Assembly (NCBI GenBank): GCA_037139515.1
Contig: JBAXGH010000002.1
Location: forward strand, 17,727-81,726
Direction: 5' to 3'
DNA length: 64,000 nucleotides
Source: a bacterium
GTDB taxonomy: Bacteria > Patescibacteriota > Patescibacteriia > JBAXGH01
Shown: positions 54,676 through 63,195 of the stretch, piece by piece
How positions within the stretch are numbered: the first letter of the stretch is position 1
Layout of the letters: every line of letters starts with the position of its first letter
The notes under the pieces: model-generated
Database searches by the model: none
Told to the model about the DNA's origin: nothing
The model's input: the letters and a program-made list of their open reading frames with translations, nothing else
Position numbers and translations under genes: made by a program

Positions 54676-55497
54676 CTAGAACAATACCGCGAGCACCGTG
54701 CAGACAGTAATCCCCAGCATCAAAAATGGCAGCGCCGGAAGAGGATGTTGCTTTTTTCCGGATAAAAACGTCGCAACCAGCACCAGAAAACCGGCCAGAG
54801 TTCCAACTATCACCGCGGCCGCCAAATTGGTGGTCGGCGCTGTTGCAACCAGAATCGCCGGCAACGCGATATCTCCACCACCCAGAAAAACAGCCGAGGA
54901 GCCGGGTTCGAATCTGGCTACATGCTCGAAGTTCGCCGTGAGCCTATGCGGCATTACAAATACCACCGGCAAGTGCTTGCTAATAACAGTCTTAGCCATC
55001 GCGACCATGTGATGTGTGATATTAACCGCCACAATATCGTAAACCGCAAGAATCGCGAGCAGTCCAAAAGCCACCGGGAAAGAAATCATCGATCCGAATT
55101 GCGCGGCGACCCCGGCGAGCGCGAGCGCCAAAACCAAGTTTTGAGAAAAAACCCGTGGCGAGAAAAATAGCAGACTGGCGGCGAGCGGAATCATCATGAA
55201 AGCCGCCGGCAATGGCCAAATCATCGAAAACAGCGAGAAGGTTCCGTAAATCAAAGCAAAATAAACCAACCCCGAGTACACCCGAATGAAAGCCTTCACT
55301 TTTGCGAGCAATAACACGAACAGCGTAGCAAGCGCGAAAGCCGAAAGCGCCACAAGTCCAGCATAAGCCTCGCGACCGTCAGCCACCGGAATCAAATGCC
55401 CGCGAGTCGCGAAAACGAAAAGCGCCGTGGTCAAAAACCACCCGGCAGTTTGAGTATAAAACGAGACACCGATAGAAACAGCCTCCTCCCGAGTCAT
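54676..55497 (-). CDS. Presenilin / signal-peptide-peptidase-like (A22) intramembrane aspartyl protease
   Basis: AVYDIVAV (YD), LGGGDI (GxGD), LPALPF (PAL); about 9 TM helices. Confidence 0.85.
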   Translation of the reverse strand: MTREEAVSIGVSFYTQTAGWFLTTALFVFATRGHLIPVADGREAYAGLVALSAFALATLFVLLLAKVKAFIRVYSGLVYFALIYGTFSLFSMIWPLPAAFMMIPLAASLLFFSPRVFSQNLVLALALAGVAAQFGSMISFPVAFGLLAILAVYDIVAVNITHHMVAMAKTVISKHLPVVFVMPHRLTANFEHVARFEPGSSAVFLGGGDIALPAILVATAPTTNLAAAVIVGTLAGFLVLVATFLSGKKQHPLPALPFLMLGITVCTVLAVLF

Positions 55498-55504
55498 GAC
55501 ACCA

Positions 55505-55921
55505 TTATATCAAACCACGGAAACGCCGACGCTCTATCTTCAAAATCCGCTCGTGGAACTCATCAAATTTTTTATAAACTTGGTCAGTAATCATCTCAGA
55601 GGCTCGATATCGTTCATCAATCACATCAAATCGATGTTCGAACTCATCGAATCTTTGATCAATATCACGAAACCGCTCGTCGTTTTGGTCGAAGCGCCGG
55701 TCATGCTCCGCGAGCTTTGCGTGAACTTTCACAAACTCACCATCGTGCTCCTCCAGTTTCTTGAATATCAAAGCATGCTCCACGTCGTTTTTATCAAAAC
55801 GCTCGTGCATGTGCGAGAAGCCCTGTTCCATCAGACTTGCCAAATCATCAACCTTGCTACCAAGATTGTTTAAATTATAAGCCAAGCCTTCGATCTTAAC
55901 CGCCACGTCTTCAATTTTCAT
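55505..55921 (-). CDS. Heptad-repeat coiled-coil protein
   Basis: RFDQNDE-RFRDIDQ-RFDEFEH-RFDVIDE heptads; AAGGAGG SD before MKIED. Confidence 0.7.
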   Translation of the reverse strand: MKIEDVAVKIEGLAYNLNNLGSKVDDLASLMEQGFSHMHERFDKNDVEHALIFKKLEEHDGEFVKVHAKLAEHDRRFDQNDERFRDIDQRFDEFEHRFDVIDERYRASEMITDQVYKKFDEFHERILKIERRRFRGLI

Positions 55922-56068
55922 TTTTCCCTCCTTCATATTTATGATTATGGGAATATATTTTTCCCTCGGTCAAGAGTCACATTTGCGAGCGTTTTCAAAA
56001 TCGTGTGGATAAAAAATGACGCGATGCTGACTTGCAACACCACGCCGCCTAAACACCATCATTACTCG

Positions 56069-56575
56069 CTACGGAGACTTCACTGGAGCTGATTTCGAGT
56101 CGTACGCAATGATTCTCAGAGTCATGCCGAGCGTGAGCCCCATTCCAGCCAGAACATTCCTGATTTCTCGAAGTTTCTTACGGCCAAGGTTTTTGGTTTT
56201 AAGGACTTCAGTCTCAGTCATCACCACGAGTTGATGAACCACTTTGATGTCTCTGTACTCAAGAGCGTTTGTAATGCCAATCGAGAGCTCAGTATCCTTA
56301 ATGCTCCTAAAGAGCAGATCACCCAATTGAACTCCTGGTTTGACGCAGAAAATTTCGGCCAATGGCCCCTCGCCCTCAGGAAACTCGAACTGAACGTTGG
56401 GAAGCTCGGTGGACGAACCAAGCCGGTTCTCCATGAACAACTGGTTCGCGCGAATCAACTGCTTCACCATCCAGATTTCACGCTCGCTCCGGCTCACATG
56501 CATCAGGTTTGTGGCCTGAAGCAAAGCGAGTTCCGCGAACATCGATGTGACTTCTTTGCTGAGATTCACCGCCAT
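56069..56575 (-). CDS. Protein with stand-alone RNA polymerase alpha C-terminal domain
   Basis: SIKDTELSIGITNALEYRDIKVVHQLV.MTETEVLKTKNLGRKKLREIRNVLAGMGLTLGM; GAGGAG SD. Confidence 0.8.
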   Translation of the reverse strand: MAVNLSKEVTSMFAELALLQATNLMHVSRSEREIWMVKQLIRANQLFMENRLGSSTELPNVQFEFPEGEGPLAEIFCVKPGVQLGDLLFRSIKDTELSIGITNALEYRDIKVVHQLVVMTETEVLKTKNLGRKKLREIRNVLAGMGLTLGMTLRIIAYDSKSAPVKSP

Positions 56576-56741
56576 AGCCCTCTCCTCTCTTCGTATAAAC
56601 ACTCACATGTTTCGGCGACCTGCACGCCGATCGTATCCGCCCACCCGGGGCGAAACTTCCGCTAATATCAACATGTTTAACGACGCTTGTCAACTGCACG
56701 CCTATAACAAAACCGCCCGAAAGGCGGCTTTGTGTTTTGTT

Positions 56742-56779
56742 CGAAAATGTTTCCCTAAGCTCTAATCTCTAAGCTCTAG
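56742..56779. repeat. Heptamer array with AAAATGTTTCCC head, 3' of secY
   Basis: cgaaaatgtttccctaagctctaatctctaagctctag, reverse complement of the 41972 element. Confidence 0.75.
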
Positions 56780-58068
56780 ACCTTAGAGTATGAATCGTAT
56801 TCCGCGGTCTTGAGCTGAGACTCAACCTGTTTCACCGTTTCGATAATCACCGAGACGACGATAAGGAAGCTCGTACCACCAACCGCGATTTGCGTTGAGT
56901 TGGAATATTGCTGCAAGACGTGAGGCAAGACAGCGATAACGGCGAGGAACAAGCCGCCAGCGAGCAAGATTCGGCTCGTCACCTGCGAGATGTATTCCGC
57001 GGTCGGTTTACCCGGGCGAATGCCAGGAATAAACGCTGACTGCTTCTGCAGATTCTCGGCGATTTTTTCCGGCTGGAAAACAATCGAGGTGTAGAAGAAC
57101 GTGAAGAAGAAAACCAGCAAGAAGTACGCGACCGAATAGAAGATCTGGTTATTGAAGATGCTTACAACCCAGTGCGCGATATCCGAAAGCCAAATCGAGC
57201 GCACATTAAAGAAGAAGCGCGCAATCATCGGCGGGAAAAGCATGACCGAAATCGCAAAGATGATCGGGATGACCCCGGCCATGTTCACACGAAGCGGAAG
57301 ATGGTTCGAGAATCCCGGAACGCTTGAATACTGCGTCGCCTGGCGGGCATGCGCGATCGGAATATTGCGCTGAGCTTCGTTAATCATGACAACTCCGACG
57401 ACCATGAGAAGCGCGATCGCGACGAAAAGAATCGCCGTGAAGAGCTGCGAGCGGTCAAAGGTCACGAGGAACTGCGTGAGCGAAACCGGCATGCTCGCAA
57501 TGATACCAGCGAAGATAATAAGCGACATTCCGTTACCAATCTTCTTCTCCGAAATCAGTTCACCGAGCCACATCAGGAATACCGTTCCGGCCGTCATCGT
57601 GGTCATCGCGAGCACCATTTCTAGTGGTGTGCTCAAGACCTCTCCGCGAGCCGCAAGCGGCCCAGAAGACTTGAGAAGTGCAATCAAACCATAGGACTGC
57701 AGAAGCGAAAGCGGAATCGTGAGCCAACGCGTCCAACGGTTGATTTTCTGCTTGCCGAATTCCCCTTCCTTCTGAAGCTCATCAAGCGCCGGGAAAATCA
57801 TGCCCAAGAGCTGGAAGATAATCGAAGCTGTGATGTACGGAGCAACGCCAAGCGCGACCACGGAAAATTGCGCAATCGTGCCACCGCTGAAGATATTCAA
57901 AAGACCAAGAACCTGGTTCTGTTCAAAAAACTGACGCAAAACCGTGGCGTCAACTCCAGGAATCGGAATATGCGCGATTACCCGGAAGAACGCGAGCACT
58001 CCGACGACAAACAAAACACTCTTCCGCAGTTCCGGAATATTCCAGATTCGCTTAAGGGTATCAATCAT
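56776..58068 (-). CDS. secY: Preprotein translocase subunit SecY
   Basis: ALGVAPYITASII, IGNGMSLIIFAGI, FIPGIRPG, GGTSFLIVV. Confidence 0.97.
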   Translation of the reverse strand: MIDTLKRIWNIPELRKSVLFVVGVLAFFRVIAHIPIPGVDATVLRQFFEQNQVLGLLNIFSGGTIAQFSVVALGVAPYITASIIFQLLGMIFPALDELQKEGEFGKQKINRWTRWLTIPLSLLQSYGLIALLKSSGPLAARGEVLSTPLEMVLAMTTMTAGTVFLMWLGELISEKKIGNGMSLIIFAGIIASMPVSLTQFLVTFDRSQLFTAILFVAIALLMVVGVVMINEAQRNIPIAHARQATQYSSVPGFSNHLPLRVNMAGVIPIIFAISVMLFPPMIARFFFNVRSIWLSDIAHWVVSIFNNQIFYSVAYFLLVFFFTFFYTSIVFQPEKIAENLQKQSAFIPGIRPGKPTAEYISQVTSRILLAGGLFLAVIAVLPHVLQQYSNSTQIAVGGTSFLIVVSVIIETVKQVESQLKTAEYDSYSKV

Positions 58069-58095
58069 ACGGAATTTAGCTTTAGCAAATAGCTA

Positions 58096-58283
58096 AGAAC
58101 CTGTTTAGAATCTCATGCTTAGGCGAAAGACTCAAATTTCGAGGCGGAAATCGCTCAGCCTGAGGAGGAATATCTAGATATGCTGACGATGGATGGGCGA
58201 TTTGCGACCGAAATTTGAGTCTTTCGACAAGCAAACAGCTCATTTGAGCATATCGTGCTGTGGTGAGATTCTGAACAGGTTCT
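58096..58283. mobile_element. MITE-like element with 20-bp terminal inverted repeats between rplO and secY
   Basis: agaacctgtttagaatctca / tgagattctgaacaggttct (1 mismatch); internal hairpin cgaaagactcaaatttcg / cgaaatttgagtctttcg. Confidence 0.75.
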
Positions 58284-58289
58284 GACAGC

Positions 58290-58760
58290 CTATTTGTGCT
58301 TGTGAACCTTTTTCGGTTTGATAGCAGCAACCGAACCGCCGGCTTTTTCAATCAAAGCCTTGGCGCTCGGAGAGCATTTGATATCAAAGACGTGAAGCGG
58401 CACATTAATCGAACCGGTCGAGACGATTTTTGCGGTTCGCTGCGACTTGTTCAAGAATTTCTTCTCGTGCAGAGCTTCAAGGTTTACCTTGCATTCCTTC
58501 GGGAAAGCTTCCACGAGTGCGGTCAAGGTAATTGTAACATCTTTCGTGTACTGGCTCGTGAAACCACGCGCCTTTGGCATCGAAAGCATGAGAGCACGCA
58601 TACCTTTCAACCGAAGACCGGACACACCCGAACGGGCGGCCTGACCTTTGGTACCACGACCGGAGGTTTTACCCATACCGGAACCGTGACCACGACCGAT
58701 GATGAACGGGCGCTTCGCAGAACCCTTCGCCGGTTTTAGATTGTTGAGTGAGAGTGCCAT
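58290..58760 (-). CDS. rplO: 50S ribosomal protein L15
   Basis: GRGHGSGMGKTSGRGTKGQAARSG. Confidence 0.95.
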   Translation of the reverse strand: MALSLNNLKPAKGSAKRPFIIGRGHGSGMGKTSGRGTKGQAARSGVSGLRLKGMRALMLSMPKARGFTSQYTKDVTITLTALVEAFPKECKVNLEALHEKKFLNKSQRTAKIVSTGSINVPLHVFDIKCSPSAKALIEKAGGSVAAIKPKKVHKHK

Positions 58761-58764
58761 AAGT

Positions 58765-59349
58765 TTATACGGTTACCGGCAATTTCTTGGCTTCCAATTC
58801 CTTTGCCTTTTTGTGATCGACGCGCTCCTGAGCCTTCTTGGAATATCGTTCAAGATATTTGATGGCGAGGAAAGCGGCGCGAACGTTGTTGATTTTGTTG
58901 CTGGCGCCAAGCATCTTTCCGGTGACGTTCGGGACTCCTGCGAGTTCCAAGACGACACGGAGCGGACCGCCGGCTTTGATACCGTTACCGCGGGAAGCTG
59001 GCTTAAGCATCAAGACCGCTGAACCAAACTTCATGGTGACTTCGTGAGGAATCGTTTCATCAACGATCGGCACCTGAATCACGTTCTTTTTGGCCTTCGT
59101 GAAAGCCTTCTGAATCGCGAGCTGGACGTCCAGGCCCTTCGCGACGGCGTAACCGACGCGACCCTTGCGGTCTCCAATCACAAGACAGGTGCGGAAGCGC
59201 ATACGCTTACCACCGGCTGTGACACGGGTAACGCGGGCGAGTTCCAAAATCTTTTGGTCAAACTCTTCCTTCGGACGCTCATCGCGTCCACCTTCGCGGC
59301 GTCCACCGCCACCTTTTCCACCACGGCTGTTGTTTTGAGAAAATGCCAT
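58765..59349 (-). CDS. rpsE: 30S ribosomal protein S5
   Basis: RVTRVTAGGKRMRF, LKPASRGNGIKAGG. Confidence 0.95.
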   Translation of the reverse strand: MAFSQNNSRGGKGGGGRREGGRDERPKEEFDQKILELARVTRVTAGGKRMRFRTCLVIGDRKGRVGYAVAKGLDVQLAIQKAFTKAKKNVIQVPIVDETIPHEVTMKFGSAVLMLKPASRGNGIKAGGPLRVVLELAGVPNVTGKMLGASNKINNVRAAFLAIKYLERYSKKAQERVDHKKAKELEAKKLPVTV

Positions 59350-59353
59350 AGGT

Positions 59354-59710
59354 TTAGAATTCTAGTCCGTTTTCACGCGCACCCTCGGCGAGTGCTTTGA
59401 CACGTCCGTGATAGGCACGACCTCCGCGGTCAAAAACGACCTTGGTGATACCGGCGGCCTTTGCAACCTTCGCGAGTTCGACTCCAACTTCCTTTGCGAC
59501 GCCAACCTTTCCGCCTTCCTTCGTCTTCTTGACCTTGAGGTCCGAAGCTGCGGCCAAAGTCTTACCAGAATCATCATCGATGAGCTGGGCGTAGACGTGC
59601 AAAAGAGTTCGACGCACCGAAAGACGCGGGCGAGCACTCGTACCAAAAACGCGAGCACGAATGCGTGCCTTTCGACGAGCCATGATGCGTTGTTTATTTT
59701 TTGGTGTCAT
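59354..59710 (-). CDS. rplR: 50S ribosomal protein L18
   Basis: [31 protein letters not shown]. Confidence 0.95.
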   Translation of the reverse strand: MTPKNKQRIMARRKARIRARVFGTSARPRLSVRRTLLHVYAQLIDDDSGKTLAAASDLKVKKTKEGGKVGVAKEVGVELAKVAKAAGITKVVFDRGGRAYHGRVKALAEGARENGLEF

Positions 59711-59715
59711 ATGGT

Positions 59716-60276
59716 TTAGGAGGCGGCCTTCGTGGCGGCTTTACCGGCCTTTCGGCGAACTTGTTCATCGATGTATCGGATACCTGTGCCCTTATAAGGT
59801 TCCGAAACCTTGAAACGTCGGATGCGGGCGGCGGTCTCTCCAACGAGCTGTTTGCCGATGCCCACGATTGTGATGATGTTCTTATCAACTGTGATCGTAA
59901 CGCCATCCGGAATCTCGAAGTTGATATCGTGTGAGAAACCGATTTCGAGTTTCAGGATTTTGCCCGTGACATTGACTTTGAAACCAATGCCGTTCACTTC
60001 GAGCTGTTCCTTATACCCTTCCGTCACACCCTTTACCATGTTCGTCGCGAGCGCCCGGGAAAGTCCCCAGAGCGAGCGGTCGTCACGGTTTTCTTCATCT
60101 TTGACGGTGAAGTTAATCACCTTTCCGCTTTCCGAAGTCTCAATCTTGCACATAACGTGAGGATGGATCTTCTCGGAGAGAGTTCCCTTCGGACCTTTGA
60201 CAGTGAGCGTAGGACTCGTGAAAGTCACCTCGACGCCGGCCGGAACCACTACTGGTTTTTTTCCAATACGCGACAT
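59716..60276 (-). CDS. rplF: 50S ribosomal protein L6
   Basis: [24 protein letters not shown]. Confidence 0.95.
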   Translation of the reverse strand: MSRIGKKPVVVPAGVEVTFTSPTLTVKGPKGTLSEKIHPHVMCKIETSESGKVINFTVKDEENRDDRSLWGLSRALATNMVKGVTEGYKEQLEVNGIGFKVNVTGKILKLEIGFSHDINFEIPDGVTITVDKNIITIVGIGKQLVGETAARIRRFKVSEPYKGTGIRYIDEQVRRKAGKAATKAAS

Positions 60277-60286
60277 AGAGTTTTAG

Positions 60287-60679
60287 TTAGAAGATTTCAC
60301 AAATTACCTCACCGCCAAGGCGACGCTTGCGCGCTTCCTTGTTGGTCATAACGCCGCTAGGGGTCGAAATCACGGCAACGCCGAGACCGGAAAGCACGCG
60401 AGGAAGCTCATCGGCTTTCACGTACATACGATGACCCGGAGTTGAAACTCGCTTGATGTTTCTAATCTTAGGACCGTCAGATTCGTATTTGATGCCAATC
60501 GAAAGCTTCAAGAATTTGCCATCTTCAAGCTTTTTGACTTCACCGACGAAGCCTTCACCTCCGAGTACTTTTGCGACTGCGAATTTGAGATTCGAGTATG
60601 GCAAAACCACTTCGGCGTGACCTGCAGCCGAGGCATTACGAATCCGTGTGAGCATGTCTGAAATTGGATCGGTAATCAT
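60287..60679 (-). CDS. rpsH: 30S ribosomal protein S8
   Basis: TDPISDMLTRIRN, GLGVAVISTPSGV. Confidence 0.95.
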   Translation of the reverse strand: MITDPISDMLTRIRNASAAGHAEVVLPYSNLKFAVAKVLGGEGFVGEVKKLEDGKFLKLSIGIKYESDGPKIRNIKRVSTPGHRMYVKADELPRVLSGLGVAVISTPSGVMTNKEARKRRLGGEVICEIF

Positions 60680-60685
60680 AATGGT

Positions 60686-60871
60686 TTACCAGCTTGATTT
60701 TGTAATACCCGGAATCTCACCGCGGTTGGCGAGTTCTCGGAAACAAATGCGACAGAGGTCGAAGTCCCGCATGAAACCTCGAGTACGACCACAGCGCCAA
60801 CAGATGCGTGTGATGCGAGTCGAGAACTTAGGCTTTTTGTGCGCTTTCGCGACGCGTGCTTTAGTAGACAT
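60686..60871 (-). CDS. rpsN: 30S ribosomal protein S14 (zinc-binding type Z)
   Basis: CWRCGR...CRICFRELA...PGITKSSW. Confidence 0.95.
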   Translation of the reverse strand: MSTKARVAKAHKKPKFSTRITRICWRCGRTRGFMRDFDLCRICFRELANRGEIPGITKSSW

Positions 60872-60876
60872 AGCGG

Positions 60877-61413
60877 TTATTTCTTAAACGGGAATCCGAG
60901 AGCTTTAAAGAGTGCTAATCCGCGCTCTTTAGACTCCGCATTCGTCGCCATCGTTACTTCGAGACCGTGGAGGTTTTCGATTTCATCCGAACCAACCTCC
61001 GGGAAAGCGAGCATTTCTTTGAACCCGATCGACATATTTCCGCGATCATCAACCGACTTCAATGAAAGACCTTGGAAATCTCGGACACGCGGCAAGGTGA
61101 TGTTCACGAGCTTTTCGAGGAAAGCTTCCATGCGACGACCTCGGAGCGTAACCATCATACCGACCACCATGCCTTCGCGAATCTTGAAGTTTGAGATAGA
61201 AGCTTTCGACTTCGTTTTGACCGGCTTCTGACCCGTGATACGTGTGAGCGTGGATTCGACCGCGTCTGTGAACTTGGCGTCCTTCAAACCGCGGGAGAGA
61301 CCGGCGTTCAGCGTCACTTTGAGAATCTTCGGGAGCGCGTTGACATTCTTAAGCTTGAGCTCAGTCATGAGCTCAGCGTTGGCCTTCTTTAATTGTTCTC
61401 GGAACATCGTCAT
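60877..61413 (-). CDS. rplE: 50S ribosomal protein L5
   Basis: ITGQKPV, FKIREG, LPRVRDFQG. Confidence 0.95.
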   Translation of the reverse strand: MTMFREQLKKANAELMTELKLKNVNALPKILKVTLNAGLSRGLKDAKFTDAVESTLTRITGQKPVKTKSKASISNFKIREGMVVGMMVTLRGRRMEAFLEKLVNITLPRVRDFQGLSLKSVDDRGNMSIGFKEMLAFPEVGSDEIENLHGLEVTMATNAESKERGLALFKALGFPFKK

Positions 61414-61419
61414 AAGCGT

Positions 61420-61731
61420 TTATTCGATGGTTTCGGAACACTGTTTACAAACTCGGGTGCGTTTTCCGTTCTCAAGCGTCTTATGCCCGACTCGGGTCCC
61501 CTTTTTGCACTTCGGACATTCGAGGATCACGTTCGAAACGTGGATTGGACCGAAGAATTCAATCTTCTGACCCTGCTGATCCTTCGAACGAGCCTTCAAA
61601 AACTTTTGCATCTTATTGACTCCCTCGACCACGACGCGGTCTTCCGCGCGAAGTACCTGGATGACCTTTCCAATTTTGTTTCGATCACGGCCGGCAAGCA
61701 CCTTAACCATGTCATTTGTTTTGATTTTCAT
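61420..61731 (-). CDS. rplX: 50S ribosomal protein L24
   Basis: KOW motif VKVLAGRDRNKIGKV, PIHVSNV. Confidence 0.95.
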   Translation of the reverse strand: MKIKTNDMVKVLAGRDRNKIGKVIQVLRAEDRVVVEGVNKMQKFLKARSKDQQGQKIEFFGPIHVSNVILECPKCKKGTRVGHKTLENGKRTRVCKQCSETIE

Positions 61732-61743
61732 AGTTTTGGTGTT

Positions 61744-62115
61744 TTAGATAACTTCCGGTGCGAGCGAGATAATCTTCTGGAAACCGCGGGTGCGGAGTTC
61801 GCGGGCAATCGGGCCAAAGACGCGGGTTCCACGCGGATCCTTCGTCTTCTTATCGATGACGACGGCGGCGTTTTCATCAAATCTGATGTAGCTGCCATCC
61901 GGGCGTCGCACTTCCTTGCGGGTGCGCACGAGAACTGCGTGGACCACGTCAGACTTTTTGACGGTCTGGTGCGGAGCTGCTTCTTTTACGACAGCCGTCA
62001 CGACATCGCCGATACACGCATATCGTTTGCCGCCACCGCCGTGTACGCGAACAACCTGAAGCTTTTTAGCTCCCGAGTTATCGGCGACTTTTAGCATTGC
62101 ACGATGTTGAACCAT
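61744..62115 (-). CDS. rplN: 50S ribosomal protein L14
   Basis: [26 protein letters not shown]. Confidence 0.95.
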   Translation of the reverse strand: MVQHRAMLKVADNSGAKKLQVVRVHGGGGKRYACIGDVVTAVVKEAAPHQTVKKSDVVHAVLVRTRKEVRRPDGSYIRFDENAAVVIDKKTKDPRGTRVFGPIARELRTRGFQKIISLAPEVI

Positions 62116-62122
62116 ATGAGTG

Positions 62123-62464
62123 TTATTTAACGGCCTTCTCGACCTTAGCATTTCCCTTAGAGGAAACGACTTCGGTAAGAACAGCATCTTCCGCGAGAGC
62201 GACGTGCTTCGGAGCGACTTTTAGAATCTCCGAGAGCTTGCATCGCTTGTCTTTTGAAATCGGGCTGCATTCTTCAAAACGGACCAAATCTCCGATGTGA
62301 GCTTCACCCTTCTCGTCGTGTACCTTGTACTTCTTCGAGATGGCGAAACGCTTTCCGTAACGCTCGTGCATCTTGGTGCGGTCTACGCGAACCACTATCG
62401 TCTTCGACATCTTGTCGCTTGTGACGATTCCTTCAAATGTTCTTTTGTTGATTGAGGTTTCCAT
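62123..62464 (-). CDS. rpsQ: 30S ribosomal protein S17
   Basis: [32 protein letters not shown]. Confidence 0.95.
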   Translation of the reverse strand: METSINKRTFEGIVTSDKMSKTIVVRVDRTKMHERYGKRFAISKKYKVHDEKGEAHIGDLVRFEECSPISKDKRCKLSEILKVAPKHVALAEDAVLTEVVSSKGNAKVEKAVK

Positions 62465-62470
62465 AGTGGT

Positions 62471-62680
62471 TTATTTTTTGACTGGCGTTGCGGCACGCTT
62501 CTTATCATTCTTCAAGGTAAGAATGCGCGCAATCGTACGCTTGGCTTTCTTAGCCGCACTCGTATCTTTGGTTCGACCAAAAATACGGCTGAAAGATCCG
62601 GTTGCGACCTCGGCCTCGAGCTCGCGAAGCATAGTCTCGAGTTCGGCATCGGTTTTGAGTTTTATTTCTTTCATCTTCAT
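62471..62680 (-). CDS. rpmC: 50S ribosomal protein L29
   Basis: Position between rplP and rpsQ; KRTIARILT. Confidence 0.9.
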   Translation of the reverse strand: MKMKEIKLKTDAELETMLRELEAEVATGSFSRIFGRTKDTSAAKKAKRTIARILTLKNDKKRAATPVKK

Positions 62681-63096
62681 ACGGCGTGTCGTTCAACTGT
62701 TTTTGTTTGAGCACCGATTTTGTGGGAAGCGAGGCGCAGGGCTTCCATCGCGTCAACCTTCGGGATGCCTCCGATTTCGAAGAGCACGGTTCCCGGGCGG
62801 ACGACGGCAACGAAGTGATCAGGAGCACCTTTACCTCCACCCATCGGAACTTCCGAACCCTTGATGGTGACGGCACGATCCGGGAAGACGCGAATCCAGA
62901 TTTTGCCTCCGCGCTTTACAAAACGGGTCATGGCGCGACGGGCGGCTTCAAGCTGGCGAGACGTAATCCAGGCTTCCGACATCGCTTTCAAACCGTATTC
63001 ACCGAAAGCGAGCGAAATTTTTTGCGAAGCAATACGTAAGCCGCGAGCGCGTCCCTTGTGTTGTTTGCGATGTTTTACCTTCTTTGGCATGAACAT
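62677..63096 (-). CDS. rplP: 50S ribosomal protein L16
   Basis: MPKKVKHRKQHKG, KIWIRVFPD, MGGGKG. Confidence 0.95.
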   Translation of the reverse strand: MFMPKKVKHRKQHKGRARGLRIASQKISLAFGEYGLKAMSEAWITSRQLEAARRAMTRFVKRGGKIWIRVFPDRAVTIKGSEVPMGGGKGAPDHFVAVVRPGTVLFEIGGIPKVDAMEALRLASHKIGAQTKTVERHAV

Positions 63097-63109
63097 ATGT
63101 TTGTTGGGG

Positions 63110-63189
63110 TAGACCGTAGGTTATAGGCCGTAGGCCGTAGTTTAGTCATTCAAGACATTACTACGCCCTATGGCCTACGCCCTACGGCC
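63110..63189. repeat. Inverted heptamer (TAGGCCG-type) repeat hairpin between rpsC and rplP
   Basis: tagaccg-taggtta-taggccg-taggccg-tag ... ctacgcc-ctatggc-ctacgc-ctacggc-ct. Confidence 0.75.
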
Positions 63190-63195
63190 TCACCT

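Noticed and set aside
58082-58351. 89-aa ORF between rplO and secY
   Set aside because: It is a reading of the MITE-like element that overlaps rplO; no transposase motifs
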